Shown: positions 19,969-31,123, counted from the stretch's first letter. The stretch: 64,000 nt of DNA from an uncultured delta proteobacterium (GCA_963695875.1 CAVOID010000003.1:256001-320000), one strand, 5' to 3'. Notes: generated by a model not told the origin, from the letters alone. A program made the numbers and translations.

Positions 19969-22900
19969 ATGAAGAGATTATCGTTTTCTTTAATTTTTAT
20001 TCTGTTGGGAATGGCTCTGGGAACCGGGGCCAATATAGCCCATTCAGGCACTTATACTTTTTCCAACCTTGATGTTCCAGGCGCTCAGGCGACTACTGCT
20101 TTAGGTATTAATAAAGCGGGTGTGATTGTCGGGACTTATTTTGACAGCAGTGGGACAGGGCATGGCTTTTTATGGAGTGCTGGCGTCTACACTACGCTTG
20201 ACGTCCCAGGTTCTGTGTGGACTGAGGCCTCAGGTATTAATAAATTAGGCCAGATTGTTGGAAATTACTGGGACAGCAGTGGGGTCCAGCATGGCTTTCT
20301 ATGGAGTGATGGAGTCTACACTACCCTTAATGTTCCGGGCGCTACCAATACTAGTGCCGTTGGCATTAATGATGCGGGCCAGATCGTCGGGAATTACTGG
20401 AACAGGAGTGGATATCGCATGGCTTTCTATTGAATAATGGAGTCGTACACGACAGTTGATGTTCCGGCGCTAAAGGCAACTATGCTACAGGTATTAATGA
20501 AGCGGGCCAGATTGTAGGGAATTGGTTTGGAAACCAGAGCAACGGTGTGGGATCGCATGGCTTTTTGTGGAGTGGCTGGAGTCTACACGACCCTTGATGT
20601 TACGGGCGCCAGAAATAACTATCCGATAGGTATTAATGAAGCGGGTCAGATTGTTGGGAACTGGGACAGTAGCGGATTATCGCATGGCTTTTTGTGGAGT
20701 GGCGGGGTCTACACGACCCTTGATGTTCCAAACACTAGAGAAACCTATGCTAGAGGTATTAATGAAGCGGGCCAGATTGCCGGCTTTTACTGGGACAGTA
20801 ATGAGGGACTGCATGGATTCCTCGCTACCCCCATTGGCACATCCTTGCAGACTAATGATATTGGCAACGGTACATACACGGATGCTTCCCTAAATAATTC
20901 ACTTTATCAACCTTTTTCACCTTATTCACTTTTACCTGATTTACCCTTCTCGTTTAATGTTTGCTTCGATTCCGCGGCTAACCTCAAGAGCGGCAATCTC
21001 TACCAGTCGCAAGACGTGAGCAGGCTCCGCCTTTCCTATAACAGCATTGACACATACAATGGCCCCGTGGGCAAAAAATGGACACACAATTACAACGTAA
21101 ATCTGACACCCGCAAATGATAATAGCGCCCTGACCCTGAAAAGTGGCGATGGCAACATCATTAACTTCACATTGTCAGGCGGCGTCTACTATCCGGAGGC
21201 CAGAAGCGGCGACACCTCCCGGATCGCAAAGAACGCGGATGGCACTTATACCCGGACTACCAAGAACGGCAGTAGCTATATGTTCAGCGCAGCGGGCGTC
21301 CTCACATCTATAACCGACAGAAACAATAACGCCGTTACCCTGGCCTACAGCGGGAGCGACCTGGCAAGCATCACCGATCCATCGGGAAGGATAACCACCC
21401 TCACCGCAACAGGTGGCCTGATAACCTCGATCACGAACCCTGGCGGAAGGACATACAGCCTGTCATATGCCAGCGGTCTTCTTTTATCGATCACCGACCC
21501 ATTGGGCAATGCATGGCGATATACGTACGACGCAGACGGGAAGATGCTCACCAAGACGGACCCTGCTGGCTACACAGTGGCCTACACGTATGATACGAAC
21601 GGCAGGGTTCTGACATCAACCGACCCGGAAGGAAAGACAAGGACCATGAGCTATCCCCAAACGGGAACAAGCATGTATACCGCAAAAGACGGCGGTCTCT
21701 GGACATACACCTATGACCTGACCCTCGCCGTCAAAACAGCGAAGACCGACCCGTTGGGCAACATCACCAGATATGCCTTCGATGCGAATCGCAATCTGCT
21801 TTCCATCACCGCTCCCGACGGAAGCGCCACCGGCTACACCTACGACAATTTCAGCAACACCACCTCCGTAACGGATCCTCTGGGCAGCGTGACAAAATAC
21901 ACGTACAACAACCTTAATCTGGTCACCAGTCGTACCGATCCTAAAGGCGCCGTCACGACATACGCATACGATGCTAAAGGCAACCTTACGAAAGTCACTG
22001 ATCCGTTGGGAGCCGTAACAACTTATTCATACGACACCAAAGGCAAGGTTACGACGATTACCGACGCCAACGGCAAAAGGACTGTCCTTGCCTATGACTC
22101 CCATAACAATCTCGTCAGTATTACCGACCGCCTGGGTAATCTTTCCACATTCACCTACGACGCCATGGGCAACCGTCTCAGTATAACCGATCCCCTCGGC
22201 AACGTCACTCAGTTCGCCTATAACGGCATCAACCAGACGACACAGGCAACCGACCCCAAAGGCAACATAACCCGGTATGCGTATGACTATGAAGGAAGCG
22301 TCATAAAAAAGACGGACGCGAACGGTAACCCAACGGATTACGCTTACAACTACGATGGCCAGCTTACCCAAATTATCGATGCCTTGAACATCCTTACCAA
22401 GATGACTTACGGGCCTGCGGGCTGCGGCAGCAGTTGCAGTGATGAGGACAAGCGCACCGACCTGACCGATGCCCTCAACCACAGCACCCGTTACACCTAC
22501 GACCTGGCAGGCCGCCGCATCAGTGAAACCGACCCGCAGGGCAACGTGATAACTTACGGCTACGATGCGAAGGGCAACCTCATCACGATGACCAAAGCGG
22601 ACGGGAAGGCCATCACCTATACATACAATGCCAACAGCCGTTTGACGCAGAAGCAATACTCTGACGGGAGCGTAACTCAGTATCTGTTCGATGGCAACGG
22701 TAAAATGACCTACGCCGGCAATGCGTCCATTGCATATATCTTTGCCTATGACGCTAATAACAGGATAATTGGCATCACTGATTCCAATAACCGGACCATC
22801 CAGTACCAGTACGATCTACTGGGCAACAAGGTAAAGATGATCACCCCGGAAGGGAAAACCGTTTCCTATGCTTATGATTCAAACAGGAGACTCACGGCGA

Positions 22901-24114
22901 TTATCGCCGATGCGGGCAAGTTTAGCATCAGCTATGATGCCGATGGCAGACGGAAGAAGCTTACGTATCCCAATAAGGCAACTGCGGTTTACACCTATGA
23001 CAATAATGGCAATCTTACGATAATCCGGCACAACGGGCCAACCGGGGCGGTACTGACGGAAGTGGACTACACTTACGACAGTATAAACAATCGGCTGACA
23101 AGGAGCGATGCAAAGAACACAGCGACGTACAGTTATGATCCGCTCTCCCGCCTGAAACACAGCACTCTTAGTTCCAAACACCATCCGAAAAAGAGTTTAC
23201 CGGGTGGAGAATCCTATGTCTACGACAGTGTCGGCAATCGTCTGCAGGGACCGGAACTCAACGACACCATGAGCTACGATGACGCTAATGAGTTGCTAAA
23301 CTTAAACAGTATGACCTATAGTTATGATCCCCAAGGCAACAGGATACAGGAGAGGGGAAGGCATGGAGGCACAACATACAGCTACGACGATGAGAACCGT
23401 CTTGTCAAAGTGGAGATACAGAGAGGCGATGATGTAAAAGAGGTAATCTTTGCCTATGATCCCTTCGGCAGGAGGATAATGAAGACGGTACAGAAGAAAG
23501 ATTTTGATAAGAAAAAGAAGAAGTACATTTTAAACTTCCTTACAACGATCCAGTACGTGTATGATGGCCAGAACATAATCCTCGAGTATGTGAAACATGG
23601 GAAAGAGAACGCAATCATCACCAACTACATACACGGCCCGAGGGGAGACGAACCTTTAGCCATGGATGTAGTGTACCCTCACCACCACTGCAACTTTCAA
23701 CATAAGAATATCTACTACTACCATGCGGACGGTCTCGGTTCCATAGTCGGATTGACGAATGCCAGAGGACACATGGCTCAGGACTACAAGTACGATTCCT
23801 TCGGCAACATTAAACATCAATATGATGATATAAGACAACCTTATACCTACGCGGCACGGGAGTTTGACTTTGATACGGGGCTTTACCTCTACCGCGCGAG
23901 GTACTATGATCCGAGAGTGGGGAGGTTCATAAGCAGGGATCCGATTGGGTTTGAGGGTGGAGATGTGAATCTGTATGTGTATGTCTTCAACAACCCGTTG
24001 AATTATTCTGATCCCACAGGTTTTAAGGGTCAGCTTTGTAAAAGACAAGTTTTTATAGATTACACGGAGAGCGCGGAAATCGGTGGCGAAATGTGGGGAC
24101 CTAATACGAATTAA
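19969..24114 (+). CDS. Secreted Rhs/YD-repeat protein with an N-terminal HAF-like six-repeat domain (frameshifts at about 20410-20580)
   Basis: Signal peptide, six ~43-aa GIN.AGQIVG...HGFL repeats running across ORFs 19969-20433 and 20527-24114, many YD repeats, Rhs core RYYDP...PLNYSDPTG; AGGAGG SD. Confidence 0.88.
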
Positions 24115-24134
24115 GCCTCATCGATGATTTATCC

Positions 24135-24174
24135 TGGCGGTTGAAACTTTTTCTTCAACCGCCATTTCTTTTTT
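24135..24174 (+). terminator. Intrinsic terminator after the rhs gene
   Basis: TGGCGGTTGAA ... TTCAACCGCCA followed by TTTCTTTTTT. Confidence 0.8.
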
Positions 24175-24238
24175 CAGGAGCCCCCAAGGCGGATGGACAG
24201 GTCTTTCGCTTCATTATATTAAAATCATATTAAACCGA

Positions 24239-25214
24239 TCACTCTTTAACAGGTGTCCAGGTCTTGTCGGGATTGTACGATTTCATCTTCTGGGCGATCT
24301 TCATTGTGTCCGGTCCGAGGTTCTTCTGGTAGACCTTTCCCTGCTGATTGACGATAAAGGTCATCACCCCTGACTTGCCCCAGTTTGAGGGAAATGCGAC
24401 CAGGGCGAAGCCCCCAACCATGTTGCCATTGACGATGTAGCTATAGCTACCCCCCGGCACATTTTTTCCCTGTCTTGTCAGTATTTTGAAATAGTAACCA
24501 TGAAACGGTGAAGGCTCCGCTTCTTTGAAGGCAGCCTTTTTCTTCTTGTAGCCCTCGTGCCAGGCACGTGCCACGAGCTCACCAAGGGGGCTTACTTCTT
24601 CTCCCGGTGCGGCCCTCCAGAAGAGACCGTTCCTCTTACCGGGATCGCTCCGAAGTTTCTGTGCATACGCAAATATACCGTCGCCGTCCCAGTCTTTAAG
24701 TACATACTCACGCTGCGCCTTGACATAAGCGCGGCAGACCAGTATGGCAGTAAGTTCATCTTCCCCGATCCGGCGGTTCAGGATCTTCTTCTTTGCCTGC
24801 TTCAGTATCAAAGAACCATTGGTCATTATATTTTACAATGGGAATCGGAAAGGGCCAGTTCTCATTGCCGACATGAAGAATAACTTTTGAATCATTCTCC
24901 TTAACGAGGTCGGCTTTCTCTGCCAGATGTTTGGCAAATTCTTCAAATTCGGCGGCTTCCTGCACCTCATCACCCGAGCGAAGATCCTTTCCGGAAGGCC
25001 CGAATATTTGATCAAGCACAGTCTTGTCTTTTGCCTTGACAGCCTCAATGAGGGTTTTCAATGCATCTTCGGGAGAGGAGAAGAGTCTCTGCGACGGTGC
25101 CCCGACTGCCGGCATGCTCCAGGCAAAGATGAACACCGCAATTACCAAAAGCGCAGCGATAAAAGCCATACCCGGCGATGGACGAAATACGGATTTCTGC
25201 TGAATTGTCTCCAT
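24239..25214 (-). CDS. DUF2950 family protein (frameshift near 24788)
   Basis: Signal peptide, WPFPIPIV, RRIG.DEL, PFHGYYFKIL, GKSGVMTFIV split over two ORFs; adjacent to DUF3300. Confidence 0.8.
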
Positions 25215-25275
25215 AGTTTCTTTCCTTTCCTTATTCATTTATTCCCTGTTTATCAGAAAATATCACCTGTCCATA

Positions 25276-26666
25276 CTACCGACGCGGTTTACCCCTGGTG
25301 TCATCCTTGCCAGCGGGAGTACTGCCTCTAGCGCCATCTTTCCGTTCAGGGGTACTGCCCTTTGTTACGGGGGCAGTGGGAGTATGTACGACCGTCACTG
25401 CTCTGGCGGCTGGCCTGGCCGCGAAGACTCTGTCCTCTGGCCTCGTTGGCTCCCCTGTAACCACCAAAGGTAACTGATGGTGTCTTGGGAGGCTGCACGC
25501 TTTCGCGGGCAGGACGGGCCTGGGGGAGACCCTTGCCGATACCCGGACCCGGCAGTAGTGGCTGTTTGCCGATACTCGGTGCCGGCTGCACCGGCCGTTG
25601 GCTGATACCCGGGGTTGACGGTGCAGGCCTTTGGCTGACACTGGGAGCCGGTCTTGCCAGCCGTTTGCCAAGGTCTTGAGGGGTTGCCTTCGGTGGGGCC
25701 GAAACGATACCACGGCTTTCCTTGCCGCGATTGCTGAAAGAATGGGTATCACCTCTGGGGCCGAACATCCCTGCCGGAGGCTTGGGCGGTACTGCAGCCT
25801 TCCCCCTGATTTCAGGCATGCGTGCATGCCCGCCGACACTGAGACCACGACCTGGGTGTGATGCCCGGTAGCTATCGGGGCTGCCATGTGATGCATCATG
25901 CCTCCATGTCTGATTTATGTAAGGTCTGCTCCTGTTGATGTAAACATTCCTTACGTGAACATAAGGCCTTGCGTGATTAACCCAGCCGGGGCGGTTCCAG
26001 CCATGATAGATCACATGGTGGTGACCCCAGTCAAAGTCCATGGTCAACCAGCCCCCGATTACCAGACCGAGGCCAAAGGTAATGAAAGGCGCTCTGCCAG
26101 GGTACCATCTCTGGACATAGATAACTGAAGGATCATACTGCGGGACGTATATATACTGAGGTTGAGCCGGAATGATCTCGATATAATCTCCATCCGTAAT
26201 TACATTCTGTTGGCTGGTACTCTCCAGATTGCCGGCGTCTCTCGCCTGCCACCTGAGATGTTGGATCGATCTTGCTACGTCTTCCGGCTGGTTGAGAAAA
26301 GCATCTCCCAGGTCGGCAGTCCAGTCTACATTATCAGCCATCATCTTCAGAATGTTCGGATAGTGGGCAATTGCCTTGACGGACTCATCCCAGTTCTGCC
26401 CATCAATCCCTGATATTGCCCCGCCTCTATTCAGCCAATCTTCCGCATCGGCAATTTCTTCCGGATACGTCGAGGCCGGCAGCATCTGGGCCAGCAGGGG
26501 GTCCGGGTAGAGGGCAATGGGTGCAAGGAGGTTATCAAGTTCCTGATCCGTAAATGATGATGAGTATGTCAGGTACGGGTCAGCCGCGCGGGCCTGAATC
26601 GATAGGAGAGCATGAAAGGCAAATAACAATAATAAGCAGAAAGCCTTTTATGCAGTTCCTATTCAT
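25276..26666 (-). CDS. DUF3300 domain protein with a Pro/Arg/Gly-rich tail (frameshifts near both ends)
   Basis: ELDNLLAPIALYPDPLLAQML, WDESVKA, LGDAFL, YIYVPQYDP; AAGGAG SD before the ATG at 26666. Confidence 0.82.
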
Positions 26667-26881
26667 AAGCCTGACTCCTTCCTCTTTTAGCTTTGAGACT
26701 GATGGTTGATATTGCTTTTCATATAGAAAAAAGTATGCAGGATTATAGACCATTCTGAAACAAAGTCAACGAATATAACTTTATATTGCAGAAGAATGAT
26801 ATGATTGACTATCGGGAATATCCTGATTTATATCTTCGTAAATGCTGATTGATAGTTCCAATTGCAGATATCCTGTTGAAA

Positions 26882-26990
26882 TGACCGGGGGCACATCCCG
26901 CAAGCCCCGCCTTGTGGGCGGGGATAAGGGGTGCAATGTTAGCATAGTTTCCTTTCCGGGAAGCCCCACCCTGTGGGCGGGGAGCTTCAC
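26882..26990 (-). mobile_element. Family B palindromic element, full copy (IS200/IS605-end-like)
   Basis: Near-identical to 28613-28723 on the opposite strand; two GC-rich subterminal hairpins. Confidence 0.8.
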
Positions 26991-27239
26991 TAATTCCTTT
27001 CATATTCTTTCCCTTTCTTATTAGGTAGCTTATACCTGCCATTATTCTACTATTTTATCTTCATTGACTTCCGTAGACAAATACACTAACCAATTTAATA
27101 TAAAAGGAAATAAGGGGCTGTCTGCGTATAAATTAAATGCAGCACTTATCGGCCCTGGAATTTCAATTTTAGCGTAACACCAGAATCGTTGCCATTCTAT
27201 GATCGTGTCTCTGGTGTTTAACTACGAAGGAGGACAAAA

Positions 27240-27851
27240 ATGATGATGTCAATCTGGAAGATGACGAACAGGAAAACATATACCGAAACGGTGGTTATCA
27301 AGAGCAGGCCTTCGGCTTTTGCTTCTCTTATTAGTCCTTGCCCTGGCTGCATGTTATCCCGCGGCATATCGCGAGGTTCCGAGTGCAGGCCCAGGCCCAA
27401 GAGGCTCCCATTACCCAGGTTTATTTTTACCCGAAAGAGGGCCAGACGACGGAGCAGCAGTCGCGAGACCACTATGAATGTTACAACTGGGCGATGCAAC
27501 AGACCGGCTTCGATCCGAGTCAGTCGTCGATTCCGCCCGAGCGTCGCGTAAAAGTGGTGCCGATGCCCCCACCAGGTCATGATACGGCTGTTATGGCCAT
27601 TGCCGGTGCGGTTCTGGGCGCGTTAATAGCCGGGCCAAGGCATGCAGGGGGAGGTGCATTGATCGGCGCAGGGAGCGGGGCTCTGGTCGGTGCAGCATCG
27701 GATGCGTCCCGGCAGCAGTATGCCCAGCAAATGCAGGAAGCGTATGTCAATCGCGATCAGGCAGCTCGACGCCCGCTATGAAGGAAAGGCACGTAGCTTC
27801 AGGCGTGCGATGTCAGCCTGCCTCGAAGGCCGCGGCTATAGCGTGCAGTAA
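27240..27851 (+). CDS. Glycine-zipper lipoprotein with a YPxxGQ...ECxxWA...ACLxxRGY domain (several frameshifts)
   Basis: Reconstructed LVLALAAC lipobox; YPKEGQTTEQQSRDHYECYNWA, GAVLGALI/GALIGAGSGALVGA; the alternative frame ends FRRAMSACLEGRGYSVQ*. Confidence 0.65.
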
Positions 27852-27893
27852 GGAAGACTAAGATCTATATTTGATTTTATGGAGGTAATAACC

Positions 27894-28569
27894 ATGTCAT
27901 ATACTCGCAATAAGAGTCAGTACCTTGTGATCGGGCTTATGCTGGCAGTGTTGTCGGGAATCATGCTGTTCGGGTTTACGCAGGTGGCAAGCGCGGAAGG
28001 GCGCGGATCCGGCCATAACGAATTCAGGGATTCACGTCATGACCATGACCATTCCTATCCGGTTCGCGGTCATTTTGTGAATGCGGTGCCGAGGGGTCAC
28101 CATGTGGTGGTTTATGGCCACTCACGATACTACTTTTACGGAGGTGCCTGGTACCGTCCGTATGGGCCGCGCTTCGTTGTCGTTGCGCCTCCGTTCGGTC
28201 TTGTAGTGCCCTTTCTGCCTCTGTACTACACGACGCTCTGGGTAGGCGGTGCACCTTATTACTATGCCAATGAAGTATATTACACTCAAACCCCGGGCGG
28301 CTATATGGTTGTTGAGCCGCCGAAGGGCGAAGTCGTTGCAGGCGCCGGCATCGGAAGAACGGTTGTTCATCTATCCCCGCAAAGGGCAGAGCGAAAAGCA
28401 GCAGTCGAATGATCGATATGAGTGCCACCGCTGGGCTGTGGGCCAGACACATTACGACCCGACCCAGCCGCCCGGCAGTGTACCCGAAGCTCAGTCGAGC
28501 CAGAAGCGCGGGGAATATCACCGTGCGATGGGCGCCTGTCTCGATGCCCGGGGGTATACTGTGAAATAA
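27894..28569 (+). CDS. Exported protein: His/Tyr/Pro-rich (DUF6515-like) region plus the same YPxxGQ...RGY domain (frameshift near 28335)
   Basis: Signal peptide, YYFYGGAWY..VVVAPP repeats; a second frame gives IYPRKGQSEKQQSNDRYECHRWA...YHRAMGACLDARGYTVK. Confidence 0.65.
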
Positions 28570-28612
28570 AGATACTGTTTAAAAATGCGTTTTAAATGAC
28601 AGCACTTTCAAA

Positions 28613-28723
28613 GTGAAGCTCCCCGCCCACAGGGCGGGGCGTCCCCCGGAAAGGAAGATATACTTACATTGCACCCCTTATCCCCGCCTACAAGGCGGGG
28701 CTTGCGGGATGTACTCCCGGTCA
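28613..28723 (+). mobile_element. Family B palindromic element, full copy
   Basis: GTGAAGCT-CCCCGCCCACAGGGCGGGG ... TATCCCCGCCTACAAGGCGGGG-CTTGCGGGATGT...CCGGTCA. Confidence 0.8.
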
Positions 28724-28748
28724 AGAAAACGCGCCGTATTCAGCGGGA

Positions 28749-29090
28749 CTACCGCGCCCCCCTCTTTGAGGGCCCTTTTCGCGTCGACGATAGAACAAAT
28801 GTCACCTTTCCTTCGACATGCCCTTTCTTCCACTCGCCCTCATATCGACTGCCGTCGGGAAGGGTCATGAGGCCTTCTCCGTCCGGGAGTCCGTTTTTCC
28901 ACTCGCCGTTGTATTCACCCCCATCAGGCCATTTGAAGATTCCTTCCCCGTTAAAACTTCCCGCCTTAAACTGACCATCGTATCTGCTCTCGTCGGGATG
29001 GATATAAACTCCCTGACCGTAGTGTGAGTCGTCCTGCCACTCAAACTCAAATTTTCCCTTCTCTGAGAATTTCTTTACCAGTTCCTTCAA
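28749..29090 (-). CDS. Small MORN-repeat protein
   Basis: Three YxGxWxxGxxxGxG (MORN) units; TTG start. Confidence 0.75.
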   Translation of the reverse strand: MKELVKKFSEKGKFEFEWQDDSHYGQGVYIHPDESRYDGQFKAGSFNGEGIFKWPDGGEYNGEWKNGLPDGEGLMTLPDGSRYEGEWKKGHVEGKVTFVLSSTRKGPSKRGAR

Positions 29091-29114
29091 TATCTATCTC
29101 CCACTTTGCAAATC

Positions 29115-31123
29115 TTAATCTCTCTTTTCAATAAACTTGCCGTTCTCGAACTGACCGACAAATTTCATGCCGCTGGGAAATGTCATTGTCCCCTGGCCGT
29201 GAGGAAGACCATTTTCCAGGTTGCCGCTATATATTCTTCCGTCAGTGAGGGTCAGTGTTCCTCGGCCATGATACTTGTTATTTTTAAACTCACCCTCATA
29301 TCGGTCACCATTGGGATATGTCAGAACGCCTTGCCCATTTGATAAACCATTTTTAAATTCACCGATGTACTTCGTGCCATCGGCAAGTATCAAAGTCCCC
29401 TGTCCTTCATACTTCCCTTTCTTGAATTGGCCATCATATTTTTTCCCGTCAGGATAGACCTCCACTCCATGTCCATGGTACAGGTCGTTACTCCAGGCAC
29501 CCGTATATTTTCGCCCGCCGGGCATCGTTAGGATTCCTTCACCATCCCTCACATCTTTCTTCCATTGACCTGCATATACGGAACCGTCCGGGAAGGTCAA
29601 AGCACCCTGCCCGTACCTGTCGCCGTTTTTCCACTCGCCAACATACTTTCCACTATCAGGAAATGTCATGGTCCCCTGCCCATCAGGAAGATCATCCTTC
29701 ATTTTCCCAACATATTTTCGACCATCAGAGTAGGTTTTAGTCCATCGTCCCGGAGAAACGGAAGTCTCTGTTTCTACAGGTTTAGACTCCTGTTCCACAA
29801 TGAATTTTTGTTTTGCCTTTGCTCCAATTTCTGCTCTGATTTTGGCCTCTTCTGCCCTGAATTTCGCCTCCGCTTCCTCTCTGGCTTTTGCTACGGCTTC
29901 TCTTGTCATCAACTCGGCCACCAATTGGGCTGCTTCTTCCGTCTTCGCCTTTGCCTCCATTTCTATCTTGAGTCTGGCTTCCTCTTCCTCCTTTACTCTC
30001 CTTTCAGCTTTCGCACGGGCTTTCGCCTCTTCTGCCAACAGTATCTCCACTTCCGCCTTTGCCTTAGCTACTGCTTGTTCTTTCACCTTCAATTCGGCAA
30101 CGAGCTGGACTATCTCTTCCGCTTTGGTCCTGGCTTCCATCTCTGCCTTAAGTCTGGCTTCCGCTTCCGCCCTTAATCTTGTTTCCGCCTGCGCACTGGT
30201 CTTCGCTTCTGCTTCTTCTCTTGCCTTTAACTCTGCTACCAGCCAGTATACCTCTTCCGCTTTGGCCCTGGCTTCCGTTTCTGCTTTGAGTCTAGCTTCC
30301 TCTTCAACCTTTGCCTTTGTCTCCGCTTCCTGCCTTGCCTTCACTTCTTCTACTAAACGTGCTTCCATTTCCGCCATTGCTTTTGCTTCGGCCTCTGCCC
30401 TGGCCTTTGTTTCTTCTTCCTTCTTTCTGATCTTCTTCATCTTCTCTTGTCTTTCTTTCAGCTTCCTGTCTCGCCTTGGCTTCTTCTACTAACCGTGCTG
30501 CCATTTCCGCCATTGCTTTTGCTTCGGCTTCTGCTCTGGTCTTCGCTTCTTCTTCCTTCTTTCTGGTCTCTTCCTCTTCTCTTATGTTCCTTTCAGCTTC
30601 CTGTCTCGCCTTGGCTTCTTCTACTAACCGTGCTGCCATTTCCGCCATTGCTTTTGCTTCGGCTTCTGCTCTGGTCTTCGCTTCTTCTTCCTTCTTTCTG
30701 GCCTCTTCCTCTTCTCTTACGTTCCTTTCAGCTTCCTGTCTCGTTTCTGTTGTCAGGTGATCCTCTTCCATTTCAGCCTTGACTTCAGCCTCCGCGACCG
30801 CGGACACCCTTAACCCAGCGGCCCGGCTGTCCGGCTTTACTATATTTCTGCCGGCTTTCCATTCACCTTCGAATATTGTTCCGTCAGAAGAGGTATATTT
30901 CCCCCTCCCATGAGGAAGGCCGTTTTGCCAATCACCTTCGTATCTGCTGCCGTCAGACCACGTGTAAGTCCCTTTTCCATGGGGATTGTCATGCCCTCCA
31001 TTCACCCACATACTGACTCCCGCCAGGCCCGGCAAAAGCGCCCTGTCCCGTATACGGATCATCTATCCATGTAACTTCCAGTTGTTCTTTGCGGGATGTT
31101 CCTCTTATCAAGCGCCGCAGCAT
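29115..31123 (-). CDS. MORN - long charged coiled coil - MORN protein (frameshifts near 30995 and 30445)
   Basis: N-terminal MORN units, an E/A/K/R-rich helical region of about 330 aa, then about 9 C-terminal MORN repeats; GGAG SD before the ATG at 31123. Confidence 0.75.
30320..30742 (-). repeat. Coding tandem repeat, 135 bp (45 aa), about 3 copies
   Basis: RQEAERN(V/I)REEEE(A/T)RKKEEEAKTRAEAEAKAMAEMAARLVEEAKA repeated; two copies are nearly identical at the DNA level. Confidence 0.85.

Noticed and set aside
20053..20832. Regularly spaced DNA repeats resembling a CRISPR array
   Set aside because: The ~129-bp units are degenerate coding repeats; there is no constant repeat/unique spacer structure and no cas gene.
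26781..28870. Two similar ORFs beginning MKLPAHR (26781-26990 and 28613-28870)
   Set aside because: Both are translations of the family B repeat element, not paralogous genes.
29800..30492. 230-aa Ser/Ala/Leu-rich ORF that looks like a membrane protein
   Set aside because: Reverse complement of the E/A/K-rich coiled-coil codons.
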